This document shows, piece after piece, positions 49,797-59,209 of a DNA stretch of 64,000 bases. Positions within the stretch are counted from its first letter, which is position 1. Every line of letters begins with the position of its first letter. Source of the DNA: Candidatus Poribacteria bacterium (lineage in GTDB: Bacteria > Poribacteria > WGA-4E > WGA-3G); contig CAXXLX010000001.1 of the NCBI GenBank assembly GCA_963665235.2, positions 3,264,001 to 3,328,000 of the forward strand. Reading direction: 5' to 3'. Made by a program: the position numbers and the translations under genes. A model generated the notes under the pieces. The model made no database searches. It had not been told where the DNA came from and saw only the letters and a list, made by a program, of their open reading frames with translations.

Positions 49797-50747
49797 ATGG
49801 CAAATCAACCTTTACCGACTATTCCGAGAAGACGTTTGGGCAGAACAGAATTGAGTATACCCGTTGTTCCGTACGGCACACAAGGGTTCGGTAACAATTT
49901 CGGTTTTGTCTCAGATGAAGACGCTGTGGCACTGATCAAGCACTCTGTCTCTATCGGTGTTAACCACTTCGATTGCGCCCGTTGTTACGGGGATTCCATG
50001 CGGAAGCTCGGCTTAGCGATGAAAGAAATTCCGCGCGAAGATGTTATCATTACTGCCCGTCTTTGTTGTCACTCCGCAGCGGATTGGGGGGGATATGGCC
50101 AAGGCAAACCCGACTATTCAGCCGACCGTGCTATCGCCGACCTTGAAAATCAGCTTGAGCTACTCAACGTTGACTATCTAGACGGAATGCTAATTCATGA
50201 CCCGCGTGAGATTGACCCAACCCTAGAAAAGGGCGGTACACTTGAAGGGTTGCTTAAATGTAAAGAGCGTGGCCTCGTCCGATTCGTCGGTTACGGCATG
50301 CACCCCCACGATTTCCATCTCAAAACCATCGCAACGGGTGATGTGGACCTGCTGCTCTGTTTCAACGATTACAACCTCGTCCGACAATCTGTGGCGGATA
50401 CTATTCTCCCGGCCGCTGCTGAAGCGGATGTCGGCGTGATGAACGGATGGTCTATCCTACGCGGTATCCTCACAGGCGTTGATATTGACGCAGAAATTGA
50501 ACGGGGACGCTGGAAAAAGGAGGGCGACGTTGCAGCAGCATATCCGATTTGGGAATGGTGCAAGGAAGAGGATATCAGTCTGCTCCAACTTGCCCTTCAA
50601 TTCTGTCTACGTGAAGAACGCATCCATGGCAATAACATTGGTAGCCTCAACGTTGAACAGCTTGAGGCAAATGTCCGAGCCGCCAGCACCCCCTTACCGG
50701 ATGAAGTCTGGGAAAGATACGAAGCGAAGTTCGGCTCAAACAATTAA
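49797..50747 (+). CDS. aldo/keto reductase
   Basis: RRLGRTEL, HFDCARCYG, LIHDP, QLALQFCL, QLEANV. Confidence 0.88.
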   Translation: MANQPLPTIPRRRLGRTELSIPVVPYGTQGFGNNFGFVSDEDAVALIKHSVSIGVNHFDCARCYGDSMRKLGLAMKEIPREDVIITARLCCHSAADWGGYGQGKPDYSADRAIADLENQLELLNVDYLDGMLIHDPREIDPTLEKGGTLEGLLKCKERGLVRFVGYGMHPHDFHLKTIATGDVDLLLCFNDYNLVRQSVADTILPAAAEADVGVMNGWSILRGILTGVDIDAEIERGRWKKEGDVAAAYPIWEWCKEEDISLLQLALQFCLREERIHGNNIGSLNVEQLEANVRAASTPLPDEVWERYEAKFGSNN

Positions 50748-51824
50748 CATCGCGAGAAATTTATGTGTCGCACGCGGAAGCGGATAGTCATCTAGCGCTG
50801 CTATCTCAATCCACCGCGCGTCTCTTGGGCCCTTCAACACAACCTCACCTGCATGATAGTCACACTGAAACACATCCACAACGATTTTAAAGTGGGTATA
50901 GGCGTGCCGGACGCGGGTGAGGTATCGCAAATTGCTAACCGAGAGGTTGACAACCTCAGCGATGTGGCGAATGCAAGCTTCCGCCGCGGTTTCTCCTTCT
51001 GCCAGCCTCCCGCCTGGAAATTCCCAGAGCCCCCCGAGCAAACCCTCTAATTGCCGTTGTGTTATTAACACCTGCCCAGCTTTGTAGATAACGCCCACGG
51101 CGATATGGTGTTCCGGTATCGGTTTCGTTTCACGCCGTACCGGAAACTCAGCTTGGCGTGCCGTGTTGAACGCTTCACAGAACGTGTTCACAGGACACAC
51201 AAGACAGGTCGGCGATTGTGGACGGCAGACGGTTGCACCCAATTCCATCATCGCTTGATTGAAAAGCCCTGGTACTTCTCGGTCTAAAAGCGCGTCCGCC
51301 TTCTCCTGAAATAGCTTCGCTGAAGCGGAATCGTTGACAGGTGCGTCTATAAGAAATAGGCGCGCCAATACACGTTTGATGTTCCCATCTACTGCCGCGT
51401 ACGGCGCACTAAAGGCGATGCTCTGCACCGCTGCCGCACTGTAATCCCCAACGCCCGGTAATTTCCGAAAAGCGGAATAGTCGCTCGGGACTTCACCGTT
51501 GAATTCTTTCACAATACGTTCGGCAGCTTTGTGAAGATTTCGGGCCCTTGCATAATACCCCAAACCCTCCCACACCTTCAGCACATCTTGAAGAGGCGCG
51601 GCCGCTAACTGTTGGACATCCGGAAACCGTGCGATAAACTTTTCATAATATTCTTTGACCTTTTTAACCTGCGTCTGCTGTAGCATCACCTCCGAAACCC
51701 AAATTCGGTAAGGGTCGCAAGTGTCACGCCACGGCATATCGCGCTGATGGGTTTTAAACCAAGATAACAGCAAATTCCGGAATTCTTGGGGAGATTTCAA
51801 CAATTGTTCGTTCGGTATTGTCAT
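50736..51824 (-). CDS. mutY: A/G-specific adenine glycosylase
   Basis: WVSEVMLQQTQV, WEGLGYYARARNL, LPGVG, VDGN, 4Fe-4S cysteines, C-terminal Nudix-like domain. Confidence 0.95.
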   Translation of the reverse strand: MTIPNEQLLKSPQEFRNLLLSWFKTHQRDMPWRDTCDPYRIWVSEVMLQQTQVKKVKEYYEKFIARFPDVQQLAAAPLQDVLKVWEGLGYYARARNLHKAAERIVKEFNGEVPSDYSAFRKLPGVGDYSAAAVQSIAFSAPYAAVDGNIKRVLARLFLIDAPVNDSASAKLFQEKADALLDREVPGLFNQAMMELGATVCRPQSPTCLVCPVNTFCEAFNTARQAEFPVRRETKPIPEHHIAVGVIYKAGQVLITQRQLEGLLGGLWEFPGGRLAEGETAAEACIRHIAEVVNLSVSNLRYLTRVRHAYTHFKIVVDVFQCDYHAGEVVLKGPRDARWIEIAALDDYPLPRATHKFLAMLIV

Positions 51825-51840
51825 AGCAAGGTGTTTTCCG

Positions 51841-52560
51841 TTACATGTCAATTGCAATCCGAAACCCGACGTTATGAACAGCGCGAATCGGTTCATACGC
51901 GGCGCGATTCGCACAACGTGCCGCAAACTCACCCCGCGGCACCCATGAACCACCACGAATCACCTTCCGTCTACCTTCAACCGCGCCCATCGGATTATCC
52001 GAAGGCGAATATTTGTAGGTCTCCGCATGAAACCAATCGCTGCACCAATCGTACGCGTTGCCTGCCATATCGTAGCATCCATAAGGACTGACACCCTGCG
52101 GATAACTGCCAACCGGCATCAGTTTTTTGATCTTAGATTCTGATGTGTTTGTCCTACTTGCATCCCAGGTGTTGCCCCATGGATATTCCCTGCCATCGGT
52201 ACCGCGCGCCGCCTTCTCCCATTCCGCCTCCGTGGGCAAACGGTACGACTCACCAGTCACGGTCCGGAGCCACGTTAAAAAGTTGGTCGCATCGTACCAA
52301 GTCACCCCGACAACAGGACAATCTTCACCGTTGAAACGTTCATCTGTCCAAAACAGCGGAGGGGGATACCCTGTTGTTTCAACAAATTGGGTGTACTGTG
52401 TATTGGTCACATGATAGGTGCCGATGGCATAAGCGTCAAGTGTAACGCTGCGCTGCGGCTCCTCCGGGTCGGTCTTCCGCAGCCCTGTCGGAATAGTTCC
52501 CATCGTAAACGCCCCGGCAGAAATGCAGCTTAGAGGGTAATTGAGCTCTTTGACTAGCAT
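51841..52560 (-). CDS. FGE-sulfatase (SUMF1/EgtB/PvdO) domain protein
   Basis: FTMG, PVVGVTW, RLPTEAEWEKAARG, DMAGN, RGGSW, VGFR. Confidence 0.9.
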   Translation of the reverse strand: MLVKELNYPLSCISAGAFTMGTIPTGLRKTDPEEPQRSVTLDAYAIGTYHVTNTQYTQFVETTGYPPPLFWTDERFNGEDCPVVGVTWYDATNFLTWLRTVTGESYRLPTEAEWEKAARGTDGREYPWGNTWDASRTNTSESKIKKLMPVGSYPQGVSPYGCYDMAGNAYDWCSDWFHAETYKYSPSDNPMGAVEGRRKVIRGGSWVPRGEFAARCANRAAYEPIRAVHNVGFRIAIDM

Positions 52561-52671
52561 AATGTGTTTATTAATTTCGATGCCATACTCACAAAATATT
52601 CGCTAAAATCCCCGATTCTACAAAAAATGCACATTCTTTCGCAAAATTCGGTAAAAAAAGTGCATTTTAAT

Positions 52672-52700
52672 TTGCAATTCGGTACAAAATAGGGTATAAT
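52672..52700 (+). promoter_or_regulatory. sigma70 promoter of tRNA-Asn
   Basis: TTGCAA-17 nt-TATAAT. Confidence 0.7.
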
Positions 52701-52715
52701 TAAACAGATTCACAA

Positions 52716-52788
52716 TCCCCTATAGCTCAGTTGGTAGAGCAGATGGCTGTTAACCATCGTGTCGGCGGTTCGAGTCCGTCTGGGGGAG
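52716..52788 (+). tRNA. tRNA-Asn(GTT)
   Basis: Acceptor tccccta/tggggga, D-arm gctc..gagc, anticodon arm gatgg-ctGTTaa-ccatc, T-loop GGTTCGAG; CCA not encoded. Confidence 0.97.
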
Positions 52789-52797
52789 TTTCAAATG

Positions 52798-52842
52798 TTG
52801 CTGATGGATTTTGCACTTCAAAGTTCATCAGCAATTTCCTTT
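52798..52842. terminator. hairpin downstream of tRNA
   Basis: ttgctgatgga...ttcatcagcaa followed by a T-rich tract. Confidence 0.5.
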
Positions 52843-52909
52843 TAAGGTCACCTATTCTCCTCCACTTAGGTGCCAGGTGACTTCCCCTGCCTTAGAGAGA
52901 TTCTACTGT

Positions 52910-54040
52910 TCATTTTCTGAGCACACCGTCTGGATTCAGGAAAAGGGACACGTTTTGCAAAAACCTGCCAAACCCCACACGATACACAGGCAGTAAAAAC
53001 GCCTTGAGTTCACCCCATTGCATAGGCTGTTTATCTTGGGGGGACACCGCTTGTGCCGTATCGCTTATCCAATCCGCATACTTGTCATTCGCGGGGTGTG
53101 TAGCTAAGGGTGTAATCTGCTCCGTCGCAATATCGTATCTATAAATATCGAACGTTCGTTCCGGGTCGTCCCATGCTTGTTGAATATCAAAATCTGCGTC
53201 AGCACTCAACAAGACTGCTTTACCGTTATCCATCCAATCCAATGAATGCACTAACCAATCTTTTGGAACATTCAGCTGCTGGAGGGTATCACCCTTGCTA
53301 TTACTTATGATAATCCGAAATGCTATTGGGAAAAATGCCCACCCACCGTTATTCAGTTGTTTTATTACATTCTCAGCTTCATCTACGAAATACAGTATCT
53401 GTTTACCGTTTGGTGAAATACTTGCGTAGAGTCTTTCCTGCCGTGTTTCTTCAGGTATTGGGGGCAGCAGTCCACGCACATTCTTGCCATCCGCATCCAT
53501 GACGTAGACATTGACCCCATCTGCGTTCTCAACTCTGGGCACGCCTGAAAAGGTAATATGTTTGCCATCTGGTGTAAACACAGCATCTCTCACAGCACGG
53601 TTGGAGATCTCTTTGACCGCCCCGCTTTCAAGATTTAGCAAACAGAGACAGTGTTTCCTATTTTCGTCGTTTATTCTATCATATCTTGTAAACAGGACAG
53701 ACTTGCCATCTGGTGAGAACGAGGGCCACGTATCCCAGCCGTTCGGACGGGGTTCTGTGAGTTGCCGTTCATTGGTGCCATCTGCATTTATAATGAAGAG
53801 ATGCCATCGCTGGGTATCGCGCAAATTCACACGCCGATCGAAAACAATCTGTTTGCCATCCGGCGACCACCGAGGACGACCGTCTGACAGCGGGTTATTT
53901 GTCAACCTTCGGATGTTGCTGCCATCGTCATTCATCACGTAGATTTCGGAATTCCCATCGCGATTAGACCGAAAAACGATTTTCGCATTCGCAATTGGTG
54001 CCAGAAATAAGGTAAGACATAAGGTTGCTAATATTCGCAT
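52910..54040 (-). CDS. secreted TolB-like/PD40 beta-propeller with WGxLK motif
   Basis: Signal peptide, IVFRSNRDGNSEIYVM, WSPDGKQI; AVSPQDKQPMQWGELK. Confidence 0.85.
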   Translation of the reverse strand: MRILATLCLTLFLAPIANAKIVFRSNRDGNSEIYVMNDDGSNIRRLTNNPLSDGRPRWSPDGKQIVFDRRVNLRDTQRWHLFIINADGTNERQLTEPRPNGWDTWPSFSPDGKSVLFTRYDRINDENRKHCLCLLNLESGAVKEISNRAVRDAVFTPDGKHITFSGVPRVENADGVNVYVMDADGKNVRGLLPPIPEETRQERLYASISPNGKQILYFVDEAENVIKQLNNGGWAFFPIAFRIIISNSKGDTLQQLNVPKDWLVHSLDWMDNGKAVLLSADADFDIQQAWDDPERTFDIYRYDIATEQITPLATHPANDKYADWISDTAQAVSPQDKQPMQWGELKAFLLPVYRVGFGRFLQNVSLFLNPDGVLRK

Positions 54041-54104
54041 TGAAGCACTCCTTGGGTAGAGAGGGGTGCCATAGTAGGAACCCCTCGGAACACCAAATGT
54101 TATC

Positions 54105-55154
54105 TTAATCATTCTCAATGTCAAACGTTTCGGTGCTTGTTGCTGTGGCCCCCTCACCTTTGCTTTCAATACGTGTATAGGCCCAGGACTCGTGGGGTCC
54201 TGCTCCACGTATAGAGACAGGGAAATCATGTTCTGGAGGGGCTTCAAACATGGCGAAAATTCCCTCTTTGATCAAAATGCCCGTTTTCGTACCATCTGGA
54301 TATGTCACTTCGCGCTTGTACCGGTAAGTTAAAATACCCTTTCCCGTGGGGGTATAAGCCCCGACTTGGTGCGTAGCGATGATGCTTCCATTTTCATAAA
54401 AGTGTCGATTGATTGCGGCCATAAAGATGATACCTTCATCTGAAGTACGGTGCTCCACAATAGGTTTATAGATCAGAATATCATAGGACTCAGTAACAAA
54501 GGCAAAATCACCGTTTACGTCTTTATACCAAACTTTTGCCATGAGCGGATGAGTTTCACCGGTAATGCTACCAAATAGGTTGGGACCGGAGAAAGTAAAT
54601 TCAACACTTGTAAAGACATTATTGCCCAAGCTTGTGTATTGGTAAATCCCATCAAGATACCAATCAACGCTCATATAAGGTTCTGATGTTTCCACATAAG
54701 TCCTGTGAGATTCACCCCCTCTCCAATTGTAGTAATAATCGGACGCATAAACGGGCCGCATTTTCACAATCTGAAAGGGTAAAAAAACAGTAAGGGTAAA
54801 GAAGTCGGTATCACTCCCGTCTCCATCCCACGGATACGCAATTGCTTTTATGACATAATCCGTGCCTGCGGCACTCCCACTCAGGAAGTAAGGTTGGAAA
54901 GTCGCTTCTGTTTTGATACCATCGCCAGAACTCGTTTCACGTAAAACGTTATCTACATACCATTCAATCCGGGAGTATGGCACATCCGTTTTCACCATCT
55001 CAGTATGCACCAAATATCTGTTATAAATCTGAGTAACTTCGTATGACCCATCCGTGGGGGCCATCTGCTCAATATTGATAGCATCGCTGATGCCCACGAA
55101 ACTAAATAAACATAGAGTGATCGCGGATGCAATCAACGTTGTTTGGAATTTCAT
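54105..55154 (-). CDS. secreted hypothetical protein with two Ig-like repeats
   Basis: Signal peptide; V.T..PY....WY.D......S.G repeated twice. Confidence 0.65.
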   Translation of the reverse strand: MKFQTTLIASAITLCLFSFVGISDAINIEQMAPTDGSYEVTQIYNRYLVHTEMVKTDVPYSRIEWYVDNVLRETSSGDGIKTEATFQPYFLSGSAAGTDYVIKAIAYPWDGDGSDTDFFTLTVFLPFQIVKMRPVYASDYYYNWRGGESHRTYVETSEPYMSVDWYLDGIYQYTSLGNNVFTSVEFTFSGPNLFGSITGETHPLMAKVWYKDVNGDFAFVTESYDILIYKPIVEHRTSDEGIIFMAAINRHFYENGSIIATHQVGAYTPTGKGILTYRYKREVTYPDGTKTGILIKEGIFAMFEAPPEHDFPVSIRGAGPHESWAYTRIESKGEGATATSTETFDIEND

Positions 55155-55439
55155 CTGTATTCTCCTATTGGCTCCCCACACCCAATTGAGGTTATCTGAA
55201 TGCACGTTATTAGCATTCGGCAGGGGCCGGTATTTAAAAGTCAACGCTTAAACTAAAATCGCACTTACTTTTTACATGAACCAACACTTCTATTACAACA
55301 TGATAGACGATGGATCGCCCTACTGCAAACTATCACAAAGGTTTATAGAATAGCAAACGACAAAACTCGCAGTATACAGAGTCGGGGGCAACATGACTTT
55401 GTACCAAAACTTTACACACTCGCGTAAGTCCTGCTCCCC

Positions 55440-55574
55440 TTAGTTATCTTTGTGTTTTCTGAGAAAATCCTCCAACCAAGCATCCGGGTCACGTCCGAAG
55501 CGGCGAAGGAGCTGACAGCCAATCCGCTTCACAAACTTAGGTATCAGATTAAAACATTTAATTTGCCAACTCAT
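55440..55574 (-). CDS. possible 44-aa small protein
   Basis: MSWQIKCFNLIPKFVKRIGCQLLRRFGRDPDAWLEDFLRKHKDN, 14 nt after the ABC ATPase stop. Confidence 0.3.
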   Translation of the reverse strand: MSWQIKCFNLIPKFVKRIGCQLLRRFGRDPDAWLEDFLRKHKDN

Positions 55575-55588
55575 AGCGGTTTCCCAAT

Positions 55589-56710
55589 TCACGATAAAGC
55601 CTCGCCTGTCCCTTTATCAAAAAGATGAATCCGTTCAGGCACAAACGTAACGTAGACGTACTCCCCAATTTTCGCCTCAAAGTTAGGCACTGTACGAGAT
55701 TTGAGAATCTTATGCGTACCGGCACCATCTGTGCCGACCGTTAGCTCAACTATCGTTTCCGCGCCGAGCGGTTCAACGCTATAGACCTCAACTTGAAACG
55801 CATTCGGTGCAGCTTGATGACTGACGAGCACATCCTCAGGATGTACACCGAAAACCGTCCCGTTGTTCAGAGCGTTTCCATTAACAATTCCCTCGATACG
55901 AGCATCTTGAACAGCAAACGAATTGTTTTCACCCCCGGCTAACGTCAAACGAAGCTGGCCATCGACGCTATCGATTTCACACGGAACACAGTTCATGCTT
56001 GGATTGCCGATGAAACCCGCCACAAACAGGTTCGTTGGGTGATTGTAAATATCGGAGGGTGTCCCCAACTGCTGAATCTTACCCGCTTCAAGCACAGCGA
56101 TACGGTCTGCCATAGACATAGCTTCAACCTGGTCATGCGTGACATAAAACGTAGTTGTGCCGAGTTCGCGTTGCCGCCACCTGATTTCAGCCCGCATTTC
56201 GGCACGGAGTTTCGCATCGAGGTTAGAGATAGGCTCATCCATGAGGAACACCTGCGGCCGTCGCACCATGGCTCTACCGAGCCCAACGCGCTGCGTTTCG
56301 CCACCGCTCAACTGATTCGGCATCCGCATCAGCAGATGCTCAATATGGAGCATGTGTGCAATATCCTTGACGCGCCGATCGATTTCTTCAACCGAAAGTT
56401 TCCGAGGATGCAACGGAAACGCCATGTTCTCGTAAACAGTCAGATGCGGATAGAGAATATGCGATTGAAACACAAAGGCGACATCGCGTTCAGCAGGCGT
56501 TTTGTCGTTGACGCGGACATCGTCTAAATAGATGCTGCCCACCTCCGGTGTGTCCAAACCAGCGATACACCGCAGCGTTGTCGTTTTCCCCGCCCCTGTC
56601 TGGCCGAGCAGCACAAAGAATTCCTCGTCATCGACATCCACTGTGATGTCATCCAAGGCGATAAGCGTGCCAAACCTTTTTGTAACGTTTTCTAATTTTA
56701 CTGTTGCCAT
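55589..56710 (-). CDS. sugar ABC transporter ATP-binding protein (MalK-like)
   Basis: GQTGAGKTT, LSGGE, LMDEP, HDQVEAM, C-terminal TOBE-like region. Confidence 0.92.
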   Translation of the reverse strand: MATVKLENVTKRFGTLIALDDITVDVDDEEFFVLLGQTGAGKTTTLRCIAGLDTPEVGSIYLDDVRVNDKTPAERDVAFVFQSHILYPHLTVYENMAFPLHPRKLSVEEIDRRVKDIAHMLHIEHLLMRMPNQLSGGETQRVGLGRAMVRRPQVFLMDEPISNLDAKLRAEMRAEIRWRQRELGTTTFYVTHDQVEAMSMADRIAVLEAGKIQQLGTPSDIYNHPTNLFVAGFIGNPSMNCVPCEIDSVDGQLRLTLAGGENNSFAVQDARIEGIVNGNALNNGTVFGVHPEDVLVSHQAAPNAFQVEVYSVEPLGAETIVELTVGTDGAGTHKILKSRTVPNFEAKIGEYVYVTFVPERIHLFDKGTGEALS

Positions 56711-57032
56711 AGTGATATGCAATTCTAAATTTGAGTATACCTCTATTATCACATGAATCGCGATTCAATGTCAATGAAAAATTGGGGTGTGTCCAGTTTT
56801 TGTCGAAGGGACGGTTGGAAGGGGCGAAGGACGGCTTGTCCGTACTACGGCGTTTGTATGCGCGCTTGTGTGTTGTCAGAATCGCGGATTATGATGGATT
56901 TATAAGTGGTTTTGTGCTTAAGGACATCGCGTTTTTTGCCTATATGCAGATGCCAGCATTTTCGCCTAAGTGTGGCGTTTGTAGCGACGCATCATGCAGA
57001 ATGCGCGTACGGCATTCTGCATGTGCATTCTG

Positions 57033-58007
57033 CTAATCTATTCGCTTGAGTTGCCCCCATCGGACAGCAAGTTTGCTTACGGGTGTTACTGCAAGAGCCG
57101 CATCATCTATCCAATCCGGAAAACCGTCGTTAGTTCTATCTGATTTCGTGAGATTGACTATTTCATCGGTGTTGAGTGTATACCGATAGATATCACTCTG
57201 CCCCCCATTCGGGGCTTTGTAGTTTTCTATGGCATCAATAAGAACATGTTTCGTCCCCATCCAACAAGCAGATTGTATTAACCATTTCGCAAGCGAGGGC
57301 ATTTCTATTTCCTTTACCAAACGCCCATCAACGGTGCAAATGACAACTTTGTTTGAAATCAGCAGTTTGCCCGCGGATTTTGATGTGCAATATAGAATAT
57401 GTTTCCCATCCGGCGACCAGTCGGGAGAATAGTGCTGTGCGACCACGGGGGGGAAGAGAGGCCGTGGGTTTTTACCATCCGCACCTATGATGTAGATAGC
57501 GGATTGGAAAGGGTTTAGATTCTTGCCTACATAGGCAATCCGTTTCCCATCAGGGGACCAAGCCGCACTCCCCGCCGATTGCCCCTCCATGACGCGTGTG
57601 AGTTCACGCACTTCTTGTGTTTCAACCTCCATGATATGAAGACTCCAGGCATCACTTCGCGTGCTTGAAAAGACTATGTGTTGACTATCGGGGGACCAGT
57701 CAGGGTTCACATCAAGCCCAGTGTAGGGCGTGAGCTTCCGGACTTGTGTGCCATCTATATTCATAATGAACAGATCATGGTTCTGTTCATTGGTTTCTCT
57801 CTCCTGTTCGCGTTCAAAAACAATCCACTTCCCGTTAGGGGACCAGGATGGGCTTGCGTCATAGATTTTATCATAAGTCAATCTTTGGCGGTTGCTGCCA
57901 TCATCGTCCATGACACAGATTTCCCAGAACGCCATCCACACGATTTTTGCGGTGGCAAAGGGAGTAATACACAGGAGGAGGACGCTGAGAATAAAAAGAA
58001 TACGCAC
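57033..58007 (-). CDS. secreted TolB-like/PD40 beta-propeller with C-terminal KLAVRWGQLK
   Basis: Signal peptide, repeated P.WSP(D/N)G. Confidence 0.85.
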   Translation of the reverse strand: MRILFILSVLLLCITPFATAKIVWMAFWEICVMDDDGSNRQRLTYDKIYDASPSWSPNGKWIVFEREQERETNEQNHDLFIMNIDGTQVRKLTPYTGLDVNPDWSPDSQHIVFSSTRSDAWSLHIMEVETQEVRELTRVMEGQSAGSAAWSPDGKRIAYVGKNLNPFQSAIYIIGADGKNPRPLFPPVVAQHYSPDWSPDGKHILYCTSKSAGKLLISNKVVICTVDGRLVKEIEMPSLAKWLIQSACWMGTKHVLIDAIENYKAPNGGQSDIYRYTLNTDEIVNLTKSDRTNDGFPDWIDDAALAVTPVSKLAVRWGQLKRID

Positions 58008-58032
58008 TGTTTTTTCTCCTATAGCTGAATGG

Positions 58033-58070
58033 GATGTTTCCCTTCACGTGAGAATGTGAAGGGAAACATC
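58033..58070. terminator. 15-bp perfect hairpin between cassette genes
   Basis: gatgtttcccttcac-N8-gtgaagggaaacatc. Confidence 0.5.
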
Positions 58071-58079
58071 TGCATTATT

Positions 58080-58652
58080 TTACCACGGGGGGCCTGGTGG
58101 ACGTCTATGCAAAAAACGCACACTGTTTTTGCAGTCCTTCCAGGAAAACCTATCCTTAAAACCCTCGTCCGTAAAATCCGCATCAATGCGGGTATACGCG
58201 GTCATGTGGTAGTGTCTACCGTTTGGCCCAGCTGGTAGGTCGTTTACGTCCACCCAGAGCGTTTCAGATTCATCGAGACTCTTTGGCATAGCTTGAGTCT
58301 TCGGATCGAATTCAGTCAGAAGCCTAGGACCATATCGCGGATTCGCCTGATACCGCGCGTCCTCGTCGACAACCAGCCGGTATGCCCAATAAACGGTGAA
58401 AGTCTCCTTTTCATCTTCATAGTAGTGATAGCAAACGACGGAGTGGTCACTACTAATATAAGCTCGCCCGAAGACCATGAAAGGCCAATAGGTGAGATTG
58501 CTTACCGAAGCTCGTGCGTAGATGTAGGCCTCATCATCTTCATTGATAGAAAACGACGCTTCGGCCTTTAGATTGTCACAATGTGCGAAAACAAAATGTG
58601 TACCGCTGATGAGGAATAGCACCATAAGTGTGTGAATAAAAAACGTTTTGAT
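58080..58652 (-). CDS. secreted hypothetical protein (possible ATC start)
   Basis: AAGGAG 7 nt before in-frame ATC gives signal peptide MKTFFIHTLMVLFLISG...; first ATG at 58625. Confidence 0.55.
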   Translation of the reverse strand: MKTFFIHTLMVLFLISGTHFVFAHCDNLKAEASFSINEDDEAYIYARASVSNLTYWPFMVFGRAYISSDHSVVCYHYYEDEKETFTVYWAYRLVVDEDARYQANPRYGPRLLTEFDPKTQAMPKSLDESETLWVDVNDLPAGPNGRHYHMTAYTRIDADFTDEGFKDRFSWKDCKNSVRFLHRRPPGPPW

Positions 58653-58824
58653 TGTAAAGCTCCTTCTTTAATATAGGTTTTTGCCTCTATTTGAAGATGA
58701 GTCGTTTCTATTTCAATCCTATACAAGAAATGCCTCATTACTTAATAAACATTTTAACATCGTGTGGATGTCGAACATCCATCTGCAACCCACTAAAACC
58801 GGAGCGGGTTGTTTCAGTATTACG

Positions 58825-58840
58825 TGCAATTTTCGTGCCA
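58825..58840 (-). promoter_or_regulatory. sigma54 (-24/-12) promoter
   Basis: Minus strand reads TGGCAC-GAAAA-TTGCA, matching the consensus. Confidence 0.65.
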
Positions 58841-59209
58841 ACTCCCATACTTAGATAGACAGTCCGTATCAAAACCCCTGACATCACAAGGATATTTCTC
58901 TAGGTGTTGCAATCCCCCCCATACAAAAATTGTTGATAAGCTGCACGAAAATGTGCACTTTCTGTTCCAAGCTGCACGATATGGGGCAAATTAGGCAGTG
59001 AGCTGTCTGTCCCTCTTTCTACCTATCCCTTTGACAAAAATTTTATACATCCGCTCTTCTGAGGAGACTTTTGAATATCCGTGGCAACAATCATTTATAC
59101 AAAAACTGGACATACCCATCGAAAAAATAGGTGCAATTCTGTAGAATATTAGGTATAATTTAAAGCAGCAGAAAACACACCGCACAATACACTACGGCTG
59201 GAGAAAAAA

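Noticed and set aside
51841-52560. True formylglycine-generating enzyme for the sulfatase
   Set aside because: Lacks the catalytic cysteine pair after RGGS; FGE fold only
56731-57036. 101-aa ORF
   Set aside because: No motif or convincing SD; likely intergenic sequence
52716-59100. Genomic island integrated at tRNA-Asn
   Set aside because: No integrase and no duplicated tRNA 3' end seen in the window
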